Virus record (IMG/VR): IMGVR_UViG_3300033143_002274
Coordinates: 11,167-75,166 of that record
Source: a virus
Length of the DNA: 64,000 bases
Direction: 5' to 3' (one strand)
Below the pieces are notes generated by a model, which saw only the letters and a program-made list of their open reading frames with translations, was not told the DNA's origin and searched no databases. Below, in pieces: positions 8,819 through 17,986 of the stretch. Every line of letters begins with the position of its first letter. Position 1 is the first letter of the stretch. The position numbers and the translations under genes were made by a program.

Positions 8819-9515
8819 TGTATAACCTTATTATAATTATTAGGTACTACTATGAAACCAAGACACCTAAATGTAATGATTTCATAACGCCTATAACTTA
8901 GTCCCAACACATTATGTTAAAGACCTTAATAAATTACAGACGTAATTCTACCCCGTATAACTCCGATAAGGATAAACTTAATCGTAAATTATAATTAGAT
9001 TTGAATAATATTTGAACAATAATATGAACTAACACAGGTAAAATTAATCTTATGTTAGATTTTTGGCGCAAGCACCAAAAAAAAATGTTCAATCAAATCT
9101 AAGTAACTGTGAGTATTGCAAGCGTTCGTATCGTGAACCATTCGCTCCGACCTCACTTTATCAAAAAATCTGAATGGTAGAGAACACCAGACTTACATAA
9201 ATCTTAAACTTATGTAAATCACATCGTCTGTTTTAAACATCCTTGTGCTTGTTTGTGATCGCTCTTGTTACTAGAGTTGGATCGGGGTAGGGTGTTAGAC
9301 ATTCATCCTGAAATGTCCCATAGTTTTTAGCCCCCTCACAGTATCCAAAGTTTTAAGTCTATGATTTTAATTTAGACTTTTGTTCTTATCATCTTCTTGT
9401 TTTTATTCGCGTGTAGTGGCAGCAATCAGAATCTCACAAATCCACTGTGCAGTAATCTTAAGTAATCTTGGTTATCTTATTTAGTAATCTTATTATTATC
9501 TTAATTATTATCAAT
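8819..9515. other. ~700-bp non-coding region with multiple stem-loops (candidate origin or structured RNA)
   Basis: No ORF of 60 aa or more; at least 7 inverted repeats. Confidence 0.6.
9451..9512 (+). repeat. Degenerate tandem repeats of AGTAATCTT/TTATCTT (about 5 copies)
   Basis: agtaatctta agtaatcttg gttatcttat ttagtaatctta ttattatctta. Confidence 0.65.
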
Positions 9516-9821
9516 CTATAACAACCTGAAATGAATCAGATCTATATTATCTTGTATGTATTTGTAGAAGAAGTCAAGTTCTATTCCAAATTTATCATTG
9601 TAAGAAGTACTTATGGGTTCATATAAAGGATCATCTATACCCAGAACAGATATATAATCATCGTACTCCAAATCATTTATTATTACCACACACAATAAAT
9701 GTATATCAAATACCAGATGACCCTCGCCAAATCTGTTATACAACTTATACTTACTCAGATAAGATGTATGTATCTCAGGAAAATTTTCTATTACTTGTTG
9801 GGTGAAGTATTCAGGGGTCAT
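9516..9821 (-). CDS. Small protein, paralog family A
   Basis: N-term F..VIENFPE; C-term YKYIQDNIDLIHFRLL. Confidence 0.75.
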   Translation of the reverse strand: MTPEYFTQQVIENFPEIHTSYLSKYKLYNRFGEGHLVFDIHLLCVVIINDLEYDDYISVLGIDDPLYEPISTSYNDKFGIELDFFYKYIQDNIDLIHFRLL

Positions 9822-10138
9822 AACATTTTGAATGCCATCAACTCATTTATGTTTGGTTCTTGGGCAACCCATTGGTATATTCGTTTGTTAAGTAATAACC
9901 AGTTACCATATTCCACTTTCATAGCATCGAAAGAATCAACAATGTTATTTTGGTTCATCAACTTGTAAACGATACACCGTAATACAACTGTACTACAACT
10001 TGGCAAAACGTGTAAGGTTTCCCCAACATCAGCATCAAGACCTTTGTTTATAGTATGCATGGCATATGCAACTACCGCAGGGAATTCCTGTTGTATTCTC
10101 TTAACCACCACTCTGGCATTCCATCTACTCTGGCTCAT
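9818..10138 (-). CDS. Small protein, paralog family A
   Basis: IQQEFPA; C-term IYQWVAQEPNINELMAFKML. Confidence 0.75.
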   Translation of the reverse strand: MSQSRWNARVVVKRIQQEFPAVVAYAMHTINKGLDADVGETLHVLPSCSTVVLRCIVYKLMNQNNIVDSFDAMKVEYGNWLLLNKRIYQWVAQEPNINELMAFKML

Positions 10139-10512
10139 ACCTTGTACCCATTTTTTTTAAAATAGGCAATCGTCTTATTATCACAAGTAAATATGGCATC
10201 TTCTATTGCATACCCAACTTCTTTAGGGGTTCTGGTTTTACGTTTAGCCACATTGATCCATTTTACCCTTTGATCTTCACGTAAATCGTTTAGCATACGA
10301 AGAATCATAGCATGAGCATACGACAACACACCTTTATCAGATTCACATCTGGTGATCCAACCTCGACCTACGTTTAATACTTTTGCTAATCCCTCTTGGG
10401 TCAGCCTCAGATTTTCTCTGATGTTTTTCAATTCATCTGATGTCATTGTTACAGTGTTATCCACGTAATCAATGAGTTCCAATGCAATACGATCTGAATG
10501 TGTAAGTATCAT
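10135..10512 (-). CDS. XRE-family HTH DNA-binding protein
   Basis: ELKNIRENLRLTQEGLAKVLNVGRGWITRCES. Confidence 0.8.
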   Translation of the reverse strand: MILTHSDRIALELIDYVDNTVTMTSDELKNIRENLRLTQEGLAKVLNVGRGWITRCESDKGVLSYAHAMILRMLNDLREDQRVKWINVAKRKTRTPKEVGYAIEDAIFTCDNKTIAYFKKNGYKV

Positions 10513-10808
10513 AACATCCTCATTTGAATAAGTTCTTGATGGGTATTAATCCAATTGTAAATTCTACGATAGAGTATTGAGTACTTGCCGCGTTTGACAC
10601 CCATGTATTCAAATACTTTGTTAGTACCTTTATATTCAACCACAACCAATCTATCAACTATACGAAAAATCATTTTTGGATTATCAGCAGCATAATGAAA
10701 AAACATTAAATCATTCGTATTCATCCAACTGATGATGTATGGATACTCAGATTCAATCTTATCCATCAACTTAGTTGCAGTCATTCTTTTTTGGCGTTCT
10801 GAAATCAT
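10509..10808 (-). CDS. Small protein, paralog family A (start refined to ATGA overlap at 10808)
   Basis: IESEYPY; C-term IYNWINTHQELIQMRML. Confidence 0.7.
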   Translation of the reverse strand: MISERQKRMTATKLMDKIESEYPYIISWMNTNDLMFFHYAADNPKMIFRIVDRLVVVEYKGTNKVFEYMGVKRGKYSILYRRIYNWINTHQELIQMRML

Positions 10809-11110
10809 TTGAAATGATATTCTGATATTAGCTGACACCCAGACTTCTTAACGTACTGTTTACGTTTGTCTATTGGCATTGATGCAACCTTACGTAAAAG
10901 TTTTGCATGTTTCTTATCAACTGTTAACGTTGGGTTAGTGGAAGTTTCGTATACACGAACAGCAGTTTTGTCACTCTTAAGGAAACATACCATACCTTCT
11001 CTGGTAAGATCCAAAGCTATTCTGATCTTCTTGAATTCGAATTGTGTCATGCCAGCACCATCATCACGCCCGATACCGGCATGTATTCTTTCACACTGTG
11101 TTATCTTCAT
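10805..11110 (-). CDS. XRE-like HTH protein
   Basis: EFKKIRIALDLTREGMVCFL...VRVYE resembles the neighbouring HTH. Confidence 0.6.
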   Translation of the reverse strand: MKITQCERIHAGIGRDDGAGMTQFEFKKIRIALDLTREGMVCFLKSDKTAVRVYETSTNPTLTVDKKHAKLLRKVASMPIDKRKQYVKKSGCQLISEYHFK

Positions 11111-11319
11111 TTGTTCTTACCTTTCTGGAAGTAGTAATCAATTTTGTTTAAGAAACGTTCATCACAACTATGCATTGCAGCTTCCTTAGTGATGAATCCA
11201 CCAATGGGATGCACATCACCATCATAACTTCTCACGTAGTAATACCATTTGTTATCGGCAAAGAAGAATCTGTCTGATGAAAAATGTACATCATCATATT
11301 TGTCGGTCTGTCGCTTCAT
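11107..11319 (-). CDS. Small conserved protein (DUF6316-like)
   Basis: SDRFFFADNKWYYYVR..G..GGF.TKEAA pattern. Confidence 0.55.
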   Translation of the reverse strand: MKRQTDKYDDVHFSSDRFFFADNKWYYYVRSYDGDVHPIGGFITKEAAMHSCDERFLNKIDYYFQKGKNK

Positions 11320-11666
11320 ACTTTAAATTCCCACGATTTAAGTTTGGCCTTTAGCCTGTCTGCTGGATACGTCTGGATCACTCTGTCTAAATCATCAAAT
11401 GATAATTCTTCATCGACATCCAATCTGAGAATACGAGGGTACATGGCCTGATCCATTCGTATTCTTAATTCTGTATATTTTACGTAGTTGTTGATAAGTG
11501 AACGTTTACGTTCAACTTCTTCAGGGACATGTGATAGTTCTTTGGCAGCATCATAAGTTTGTGTGTCCATCATAACCAACACATCACTGTCATCAATAAC
11601 ATACAATGAATCTACTGATGGGGGTTCGAACATTTCTGCCCTGATTGAAAATAAATGTATGAACAT
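11316..11666 (-). CDS. Hypothetical protein
   Basis: Coupled ORF in early operon. Confidence 0.65.
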   Translation of the reverse strand: MFIHLFSIRAEMFEPPSVDSLYVIDDSDVLVMMDTQTYDAAKELSHVPEEVERKRSLINNYVKYTELRIRMDQAMYPRILRLDVDEELSFDDLDRVIQTYPADRLKAKLKSWEFKV

Positions 11667-11923
11667 TATAACTCCCTCATTACTACCATTTCTTGAACGA
11701 TATCTAATCCAGCATCAGTAAGATACCACCAGTAATACTTTTGTTTAATTCTGTCACCTTTGTGACTTGTAAGTATGATACCCTTACGTTCCAGTTCCTG
11801 AAATTTGTTTGGTCTTCCCATACACGAAAACTTATCATTACGATTACTCAGTCTTTTGTGTATTATGAATCTGTTAACCACATCATTTAACACAGTAATA
11901 TCATCGTCAGTGAAGTCTATCAT
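11666..11923 (-). CDS. Small winged-helix-like protein, paralog family B
   Basis: ELERKGII..YLTDAG; C-term VVMREL. Confidence 0.65.
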   Translation of the reverse strand: MIDFTDDDITVLNDVVNRFIIHKRLSNRNDKFSCMGRPNKFQELERKGIILTSHKGDRIKQKYYWWYLTDAGLDIVQEMVVMREL

Positions 11924-12117
11924 AGCAGAAAAAACTCAATTTTAGTAATGTTATTTCTGATGAATTCCAGATATGTTATCCGAAAATAATTAACTGGTTT
12001 ATTTCTGGTATTAGTAGGAGGTATAAATCCTGCTTTACGCGCAGCCCTATAACGGTCATTACCATTTTTTATAGGCATCAATCTGTTAAGTACTCGTATG
12101 TATTTTTCATCTGTCAT
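11920..12117 (-). CDS. Small protein, paralog family A
   Basis: MTDEKYIRVLNRLMP...YLEFIRNNITKIEFFLL. Confidence 0.75.
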   Translation of the reverse strand: MTDEKYIRVLNRLMPIKNGNDRYRAARKAGFIPPTNTRNKPVNYFRITYLEFIRNNITKIEFFLL

Positions 12118-12323
12118 AATATTTCAAACTCAATTCTGGCAACGTTGTATCTGATGAATTCCAGATATGCCACATGAAACTCGTGAGTAGCTGAATACTC
12201 AGTAACATACTTGTGTTGTGGGGGTACAAACCCAGCAGCCCTTACAATATCAAATCGTTCATTACCTCTTTCAAAATTCGGCAATAATTTCTTGATTGCT
12301 CGTTGATATTTTTCAAGTGTCAT
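12114..12323 (-). CDS. Small protein, paralog family A
   Basis: MTLEKYQRAIKKLLP...YLEFIRYNVARIEFEIL. Confidence 0.75.
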   Translation of the reverse strand: MTLEKYQRAIKKLLPNFERGNERFDIVRAAGFVPPQHKYVTEYSATHEFHVAYLEFIRYNVARIEFEIL

Positions 12324-12532
12324 AATAAATGGAACGCCACTAACTCTTTGTTGTATCTGAGGAATTCAATTGCAATAATTCTGGCATAATTTGACCTTGC
12401 TTTGCCACAACTTCTATCTGGAATGGATGAATCATTCATCCCCAATGTCTGAAGAAATTGATACATTTCCGTAAATTTTTGAGGCATTGGGTAATGTCTG
12501 TTAACCAACCGTTTGTATCTTGTAAGTGTCAT
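12320..12532 (-). CDS. Small protein, paralog family A
   Basis: MTLTRYKRLVNRHYP...IEFLRYNKELVAFHLL. Confidence 0.75.
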   Translation of the reverse strand: MTLTRYKRLVNRHYPMPQKFTEMYQFLQTLGMNDSSIPDRSCGKARSNYARIIAIEFLRYNKELVAFHLL

Positions 12533-12561
12533 AATCTACATTCCCAATTTCAATACGGGGA

Positions 12562-12590
12562 ATTATAGATTGAAAACAAAATTAAGTCAA
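12562..12590 (-). promoter_or_regulatory. sigma70-type early promoter
   Basis: TTGACT-17 bp-TATAAT heading the small-ORF operon. Confidence 0.85.
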
Positions 12591-12596
12591 GCGGTA

Positions 12597-12875
12597 TTAG
12601 CCTAGATATTCTCTGGTTGTTTCCCAGACTGCTTTAGATTTGAGTGATGCCTTGAGTGTTCCATGAACGTCCTTACCCAGATGGCGTATGATACCATTAA
12701 TCTGATCTTCCAGACGTTGTTTAGCCCAAGTTTTTTCTTCTGGTGTGCCGTACATCTGGTCAATACTCCAATACTGGTTAATCAATCTGATAACCTTCTG
12801 TAATGGGTTAGATCGTTCTTGTCTGTATGTTTTGCGCTCTTTCGAGTTAGCAGTGTTGAGTGTATGAGTTGTCAT
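12597..12875 (-). CDS. Hypothetical late protein
   Basis: ORF preceded by GATAAATA (12904-12911). Confidence 0.6.
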   Translation of the reverse strand: MTTHTLNTANSKERKTYRQERSNPLQKVIRLINQYWSIDQMYGTPEEKTWAKQRLEDQINGIIRHLGKDVHGTLKASLKSKAVWETTREYLG

Positions 12876-12928
12876 AATTATCTTCTTTTACTTTTGATAC
12901 TGGTATTTATCATGGCATAAATACGAGT

Positions 12929-13384
12929 ATGGAATTAGATATTGGACATTGGGAAACCGAGTTAAACGAATTTGACCCAGAAGATTTTTATGGGTTTGTG
13001 TACAGGATTATTAATGTTGTTACAAATCAAGAGTACATCGGAAAAAAACAATTGAAATCAAGGAACAGAGTCAAGGTTGCTGGACGCAAAAATCGTAAGA
13101 TTGTTTTCAGGAATACCAATTGGAAGAAGTACACATCAAGCAGTAAACGAATCAATGAAGAAATAGAAGAACATGGTAAGGAACGATTCAGATTTATTAT
13201 CATATCCTTACACGTCAGTAAGGGATCACTTGTCTACAAAGAAATCTTTCTTCAGATAACAGAGAATGTGATGCGTGAGAAGTTACCTGATGGTACACGT
13301 AAGTACTACAATGGAAACATTGGCAGCGTTAAATTTTTACCACCTGATGAAACATTACTCGAATCACAATTCAAAGTTTGTTAA
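12929..13384 (+). CDS. GIY-YIG family endonuclease
   Basis: YGFVYRIIN..YIGKK, WKKYTSSS, ERFRFIII. Confidence 0.8.
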   Translation: MELDIGHWETELNEFDPEDFYGFVYRIINVVTNQEYIGKKQLKSRNRVKVAGRKNRKIVFRNTNWKKYTSSSKRINEEIEEHGKERFRFIIISLHVSKGSLVYKEIFLQITENVMREKLPDGTRKYYNGNIGSVKFLPPDETLLESQFKVC

Positions 13385-13737
13385 AGTTTATCCATAAGTT
13401 GTTTCTGTTTATCAAAATTACGATATTTTATAAAAAAATATAGGGAAAACGCGCATAATATCAGTTGAACAATTGATGATATTGTATTACGTCCATCAAA
13501 AAACCATACAAAAGATATAAAAAACACATTGTACAGATTCAATATCCACATACTAAGATGAAATTTATTCGCAATGATGCTGCTGCCCCACTTGAATGAT
13601 CTTCTGGCACGTTTCATATGGAACTTATAATCATCAATATTATTAGGTTGCCATTCCGCATTCCTAATAGCATACTTAATGGGACTGTGCTTATCATACA
13701 GACGTTTGGCAAAGTTAAATGATATGAGTGAACCCAT
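13381..13737 (-). CDS. Membrane protein, 2 TM (start uncertain)
   Basis: Two hydrophobic segments; follows gp46. Confidence 0.5.
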   Translation of the reverse strand: MGSLISFNFAKRLYDKHSPIKYAIRNAEWQPNNIDDYKFHMKRARRSFKWGSSIIANKFHLSMWILNLYNVFFISFVWFFDGRNTISSIVQLILCAFSLYFFIKYRNFDKQKQLMDKL

Positions 13738-15973
13738 TTTCTTTTACGACCTTCATGATGTTGTCAACTTCTGTTACAAGATCATCCCTGTGTGATATCA
13801 GGAATACGTTTTCATTTTTGTGTTCTTTAAGTAATTTGAAGATTGCATGGAAACCACTTGCGTCAATTCCGTTATCAAGCAATTCATCAATACCCAAGAA
13901 GTTAAACTTAAACCCAGACACACTCATTAAGTCCCTGAATGCCATACTCACTGAGAAGTCTAACCGGCCTCGTTCGCCATTAGAAAGATTACCGTAGCTC
14001 ACTGAGTTCTGCATGTAATCTATATCAACTGTCAGATCATTATTGATAGTAACAATATGAGGCAATTCCAACTTCATTGTGTACTCGGCAATCTTCTGAT
14101 TGATATAAGGGATGTATTGGTCTAACAAATTCTTTCTGATGAATGATTTGTTATCAGTCAACATCTTAATCAATAATTTGTAATGTGATTCCTTTTCTTT
14201 CAAATTGAAAAGCACAGATTCATCATACTCAACCAACTCAGCTTTAGATCGTATCAACTGGTCAACATATGGGTTAGTTTCTTCATTGACTTTTATCAAT
14301 TGTTTACGAAGATTCTTCAGTGTGGAAATAATTTCAATACACTCAGCATCAGTATAAACTTCTTTGGGGAGTGAGGTTGACAAATTGCCAACTTCAACTT
14401 CATAAGATATTTTGCTTTCGTTTGCGTCTACTCCAATACTGGTAACGGAAGCATCATATTCTTCATTAAGACTTTCTTTTTCTTTGTTGGTATCAGCAGT
14501 TATTTTGAGAAGTTCATCTTCTAACTTACCTTCTAGTTCCCGTTGCTTATCGCCCTGTTCCCGTTGAGAGACAACCAATAACTTATTCAATTCAGAATGA
14601 ATGTTGTCTGTCAATTTAGTAAGTTCGGTAAGTTCATCTTCTGCTGTTGAAATTTCAGCTTTGAGATCGTGAACGCCAGCACCAACACTCTCGTTGTTTT
14701 TGCCTACTTCAATAGCATCTTCGTCAATGTGTTGTAGCTCACTATTTATTAAATCAATCTTATCATTATCAACATGCGTTTGTTTACAGTAAGGACATAT
14801 GCCATCCATAAGATTCTTAAGTTCACCACGTAATTTTTCTTCACTGTCAACCATAACTCTGAGTTGTTTGGCGTTATCAGTCAGGTAAGCAAGTGATTCT
14901 TTCAGGAGTGCTTTCTTTTCAATCAGACTTTTTTCAAGATTGCTTTTCTTGGTAATCAGATCTATTGATTTATCACTTGAATCAGATTCAAATTGACTAC
15001 GTTCTTTTTGATATGATAAGGTTAGGTTAGATGATTCTTCTTTATGGGCAGATTCAAATTCTGCAAAGATTTTAGCACCATCATTAGTAATCTTTTCCAA
15101 TAACTGTACATGGATAGATGTAGCTTTAGCCATATCTTGATCCTTAGTTTTATCTATGTCATCTATTGAAAGTTTGATTTTGGTGATAGCTTCTATCTGG
15201 TCACGGATTATCTGATTAGTCTTTTGTGTTGCCTCAACATCAATGAGTGACAACCCTTCAATCTCAGTCTCAGTATCCTTAACTTCATCCATATGACTTT
15301 GATTCCAGCTTTTAGACTGAGCATCCAATGATTCAATACGTGCAGTCACCTTATCAAAGTTACTGATGATATGACTTTTGTTCTGTTCTTCAAGTTTGAT
15401 TTCAACAATCACATCTTTGTTTTTTGATTTGAGTGTGTTGGCACGTTCTGAGAGTACATCTAACCCCACCATTTTTTCCATGAAGTCACGTTGTGGTGAT
15501 GGTTTCATCCCCATGAACGGAATTGTGGTGGTGTTTAACATAATGGTATTACAGAATGTATCAAAATTAATACCAATCAATTTCTCAATAGTTTCATCGA
15601 CTGTCGCAGCAGAATGCATGGTGTAAGGTTCACCATCTTTCAATACTTCACACACAGCAGGTTTACGCCCACGTCTGATGACGAATTCAATATCGTCCAC
15701 AACCATTTCAATTTCAACAACCATTTTCTTTTTGTTGATGACATTGACAAATGCATCTTGTCTGATGTTACTGATACCTTCATTGAACAGTACCCATGAT
15801 ATTGCTTGGAATATGGTAGACTTACCAACACCATTTCTGCTGTACCCTTCAGTACCCACATCTTTGTTGACACCAAGTATTAAGGTGGTGTCATGTTCAT
15901 TCAATTGAATGGTAATGGGTTTATGACCGAACGACAGAAAATTTTGAATGGTTATTTTTTTGAACTCAATCAT
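13715..15973 (-). CDS. gp46: Recombination endonuclease ATPase subunit (Rad50/SbcC-like)
   Basis: NFLSFG, NGVGKST Walker A, CPYC zinc hook, LSNGE signature, IDELLD, ISH. Confidence 0.95.
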   Translation of the reverse strand: MIEFKKITIQNFLSFGHKPITIQLNEHDTTLILGVNKDVGTEGYSRNGVGKSTIFQAISWVLFNEGISNIRQDAFVNVINKKKMVVEIEMVVDDIEFVIRRGRKPAVCEVLKDGEPYTMHSAATVDETIEKLIGINFDTFCNTIMLNTTTIPFMGMKPSPQRDFMEKMVGLDVLSERANTLKSKNKDVIVEIKLEEQNKSHIISNFDKVTARIESLDAQSKSWNQSHMDEVKDTETEIEGLSLIDVEATQKTNQIIRDQIEAITKIKLSIDDIDKTKDQDMAKATSIHVQLLEKITNDGAKIFAEFESAHKEESSNLTLSYQKERSQFESDSSDKSIDLITKKSNLEKSLIEKKALLKESLAYLTDNAKQLRVMVDSEEKLRGELKNLMDGICPYCKQTHVDNDKIDLINSELQHIDEDAIEVGKNNESVGAGVHDLKAEISTAEDELTELTKLTDNIHSELNKLLVVSQREQGDKQRELEGKLEDELLKITADTNKEKESLNEEYDASVTSIGVDANESKISYEVEVGNLSTSLPKEVYTDAECIEIISTLKNLRKQLIKVNEETNPYVDQLIRSKAELVEYDESVLFNLKEKESHYKLLIKMLTDNKSFIRKNLLDQYIPYINQKIAEYTMKLELPHIVTINNDLTVDIDYMQNSVSYGNLSNGERGRLDFSVSMAFRDLMSVSGFKFNFLGIDELLDNGIDASGFHAIFKLLKEHKNENVFLISHRDDLVTEVDNIMKVVKENGFTHII

Positions 15974-16133
15974 TGGTGAAATCTCTCCATATATCTTTGT
16001 ATGCTGGAATCACATGGTCAACAATATAATCTTTCAAGGAACAAGGGATAGCACATACCATTTCAACTACACCAAATATGATAGAAACCACAGTTGCCAC
16101 GATTAATCTGTATATCAATGTTATAAATTTCAT
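15966..16133 (-). CDS. Small membrane protein (55 aa), not in ORF track
   Basis: Manual translation MKFITLIYRLIVATVVSIIFGVVEMVCAIP...; fills the gp47-gp46 gap with overlaps at both ends. Confidence 0.6.
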   Translation of the reverse strand: MKFITLIYRLIVATVVSIIFGVVEMVCAIPCSLKDYIVDHVIPAYKDIWRDFTND

Positions 16134-17149
16134 TATAGTATCTCCTGATAAAGTTCTTCTAATAGATCTTTGTTAATAGATTCATTGTCGGTCATTCCCT
16201 TAATATGAGTGACCACTGCTTCATCAATAGACATAAGATGATTGATGTCTGTGACTTCAGCAATTACCTTATTGTCAGTTTTTGGTTTGTAAACCAATTT
16301 GTTGGTTCTGAAATCGTTGTCTTCCAGTATAGCAGATATCGTATCCAAAGTTTCACGTGATACGTCATCTTCCACTACGACTCTGACAGTGACATCATTC
16401 AAGTCGAATTGTGACCAATCTGTTTCAAGTATTTCTGCTGGGGTTAATGTCAGCACATGAACCTTTTCATAATTGACGAATTCATACTTACCAGTGTCTG
16501 TATCAAATACACAGAACCCTTTGTTGGGGTCGTTATCATCATTGAAGTCGAACGGCAGTGGATTACCAATGTACACAACATTATCAGTGAATTGTCTTCC
16601 ATGATAGTGACCAGAAAAAACAACATCTAAATGTTTGAGTTCCCTGTGAGACTGACCACTTTCCATAATGTAATGATCATTCAATTGAAAATTAGAGAAT
16701 TCAAAATGACCCATCATGTACTTAACTTTCTTTTCTTTGGATATTTTGATAATGTCATCGTATTCTTCTGGGGTGCATAACCATGACACCAGCATCACAT
16801 CACCAATAATTTTATAATAATCAACAACTTCTGTGACATATGGTTTGAACATATGTGTGGAGCAGACATCACGATTGTCTCTGAAATAGATATCATGATT
16901 ACCCTTCAACATATAAGTTGATTCGAAGGTGTTGGTAATCCTTGAAACAGTTTCATTTGCATATTCGATGGTATTAAGATCGAGTTTCGCCCTGTTGTGA
17001 AAGAAATCACCCAGATGAACGAATGTCGATATTTCATTTTCTTCAGCGTAATTACACATCCAATCAGTGAAATCCACTAAGTCTTGGTTGTGTATAACTG
17101 AATCACCAGCATTACCATGATGCCAATCAGTTGATAGGATCATCTTCAT
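16133..17149 (-). CDS. gp47: Recombination endonuclease nuclease subunit (Mre11/SbcD-like)
   Basis: TDWH, LGDFF, GNHD, GH, SGHYH metallophosphoesterase motifs. Confidence 0.95.
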   Translation of the reverse strand: MKMILSTDWHHGNAGDSVIHNQDLVDFTDWMCNYAEENEISTFVHLGDFFHNRAKLDLNTIEYANETVSRITNTFESTYMLKGNHDIYFRDNRDVCSTHMFKPYVTEVVDYYKIIGDVMLVSWLCTPEEYDDIIKISKEKKVKYMMGHFEFSNFQLNDHYIMESGQSHRELKHLDVVFSGHYHGRQFTDNVVYIGNPLPFDFNDDNDPNKGFCVFDTDTGKYEFVNYEKVHVLTLTPAEILETDWSQFDLNDVTVRVVVEDDVSRETLDTISAILEDNDFRTNKLVYKPKTDNKVIAEVTDINHLMSIDEAVVTHIKGMTDNESINKDLLEELYQEIL

Positions 17150-17192
17150 ATGTCATTCCTCTTAAATTTAACTTGTTACTATATCACATGTT

Positions 17193-17618
17193 TCAATCTA
17201 AATCATCATTATTGCTGTGTTTGTCTGTGAAAGTGTACGATGGATTGTACAAATTATCAATCAATAATCTGTCACGTATTTCTTGTTGACGTTTTTCTTT
17301 GTTCAAGATTTGGATGAATGAATTGTGAATGACTGAGGTATAGTAAGCAAATGGATTCTCACTTTTGGCAGAATCGAATTTATGTAATGCGCCAACACAG
17401 GCAACGATGCCACTGTTGATCATTTCACTCTTGTAACTATACCCAGAGAAATTAGGTTTGGATGCGTATCGTGTGGCAAGTATCATGAACATTCGTCCCA
17501 GTTTGTCTGATACTCTATTTTTTTTCTGGCAGTATATCAGTTCTGCAAACATTTCCTTGTTGCTCAAATATCCTTCTTCTTTCGTTTTTTTTGTTCTTCT
17601 TGTTTTCTTATCTGTCAT
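17193..17618 (-). CDS. gp55: Late transcription sigma factor
   Basis: YLSNKE, KPNFSGYSYK.EM, FD..KS.NPFAYYT, F...LNKEK. Confidence 0.9.
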   Translation of the reverse strand: MTDKKTRRTKKTKEEGYLSNKEMFAELIYCQKKNRVSDKLGRMFMILATRYASKPNFSGYSYKSEMINSGIVACVGALHKFDSAKSENPFAYYTSVIHNSFIQILNKEKRQQEIRDRLLIDNLYNPSYTFTDKHSNNDDLD

Positions 17619-17694
17619 TTTTACCCCTTGTGACCTATGTAGAGATCATCTTAGCACACTGAGATAAATAAGTATACATAAACAGGAAATAATT

Positions 17695-17919
17695 ATGAAA
17701 AAATATACAAATATCACAAATGCAATGGTATGTGTTGAATTCGAAGGAGTTGCACAATTTTTACGCAGGGGTCAATCGGTTACTAATGATTTGAAAGTAA
17801 TCAAACTACCAAAGAGTGTTCTGGTAGAAGATTTAACCCCAACTAAGGTCATTAAAACTAAGACTGCGGTTAAGAAAACCACTGAAACCAAACCAAAAAG
17901 CATCAAAAAAGCAAAGTAG
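17695..17919 (+). CDS. Small basic late protein
   Basis: GATAAATA promoter 17663-17670, AGGA RBS. Confidence 0.65.
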   Translation: MKKYTNITNAMVCVEFEGVAQFLRRGQSVTNDLKVIKLPKSVLVEDLTPTKVIKTKTAVKKTTETKPKSIKKAK

Positions 17920-17986
17920 CATAATATTTTAGGAAATTTCCTAAATAAGATTATAAGAGAATAATATTATTTAGGAGATATTAATA

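Noticed and set aside
8819-9515. tRNA, tmRNA or group I intron in the non-coding island
   Set aside because: No cloverleaf/TTCGA arm, no tmRNA ends or tag, no recognisable P7 core; no interrupted gene flanks it
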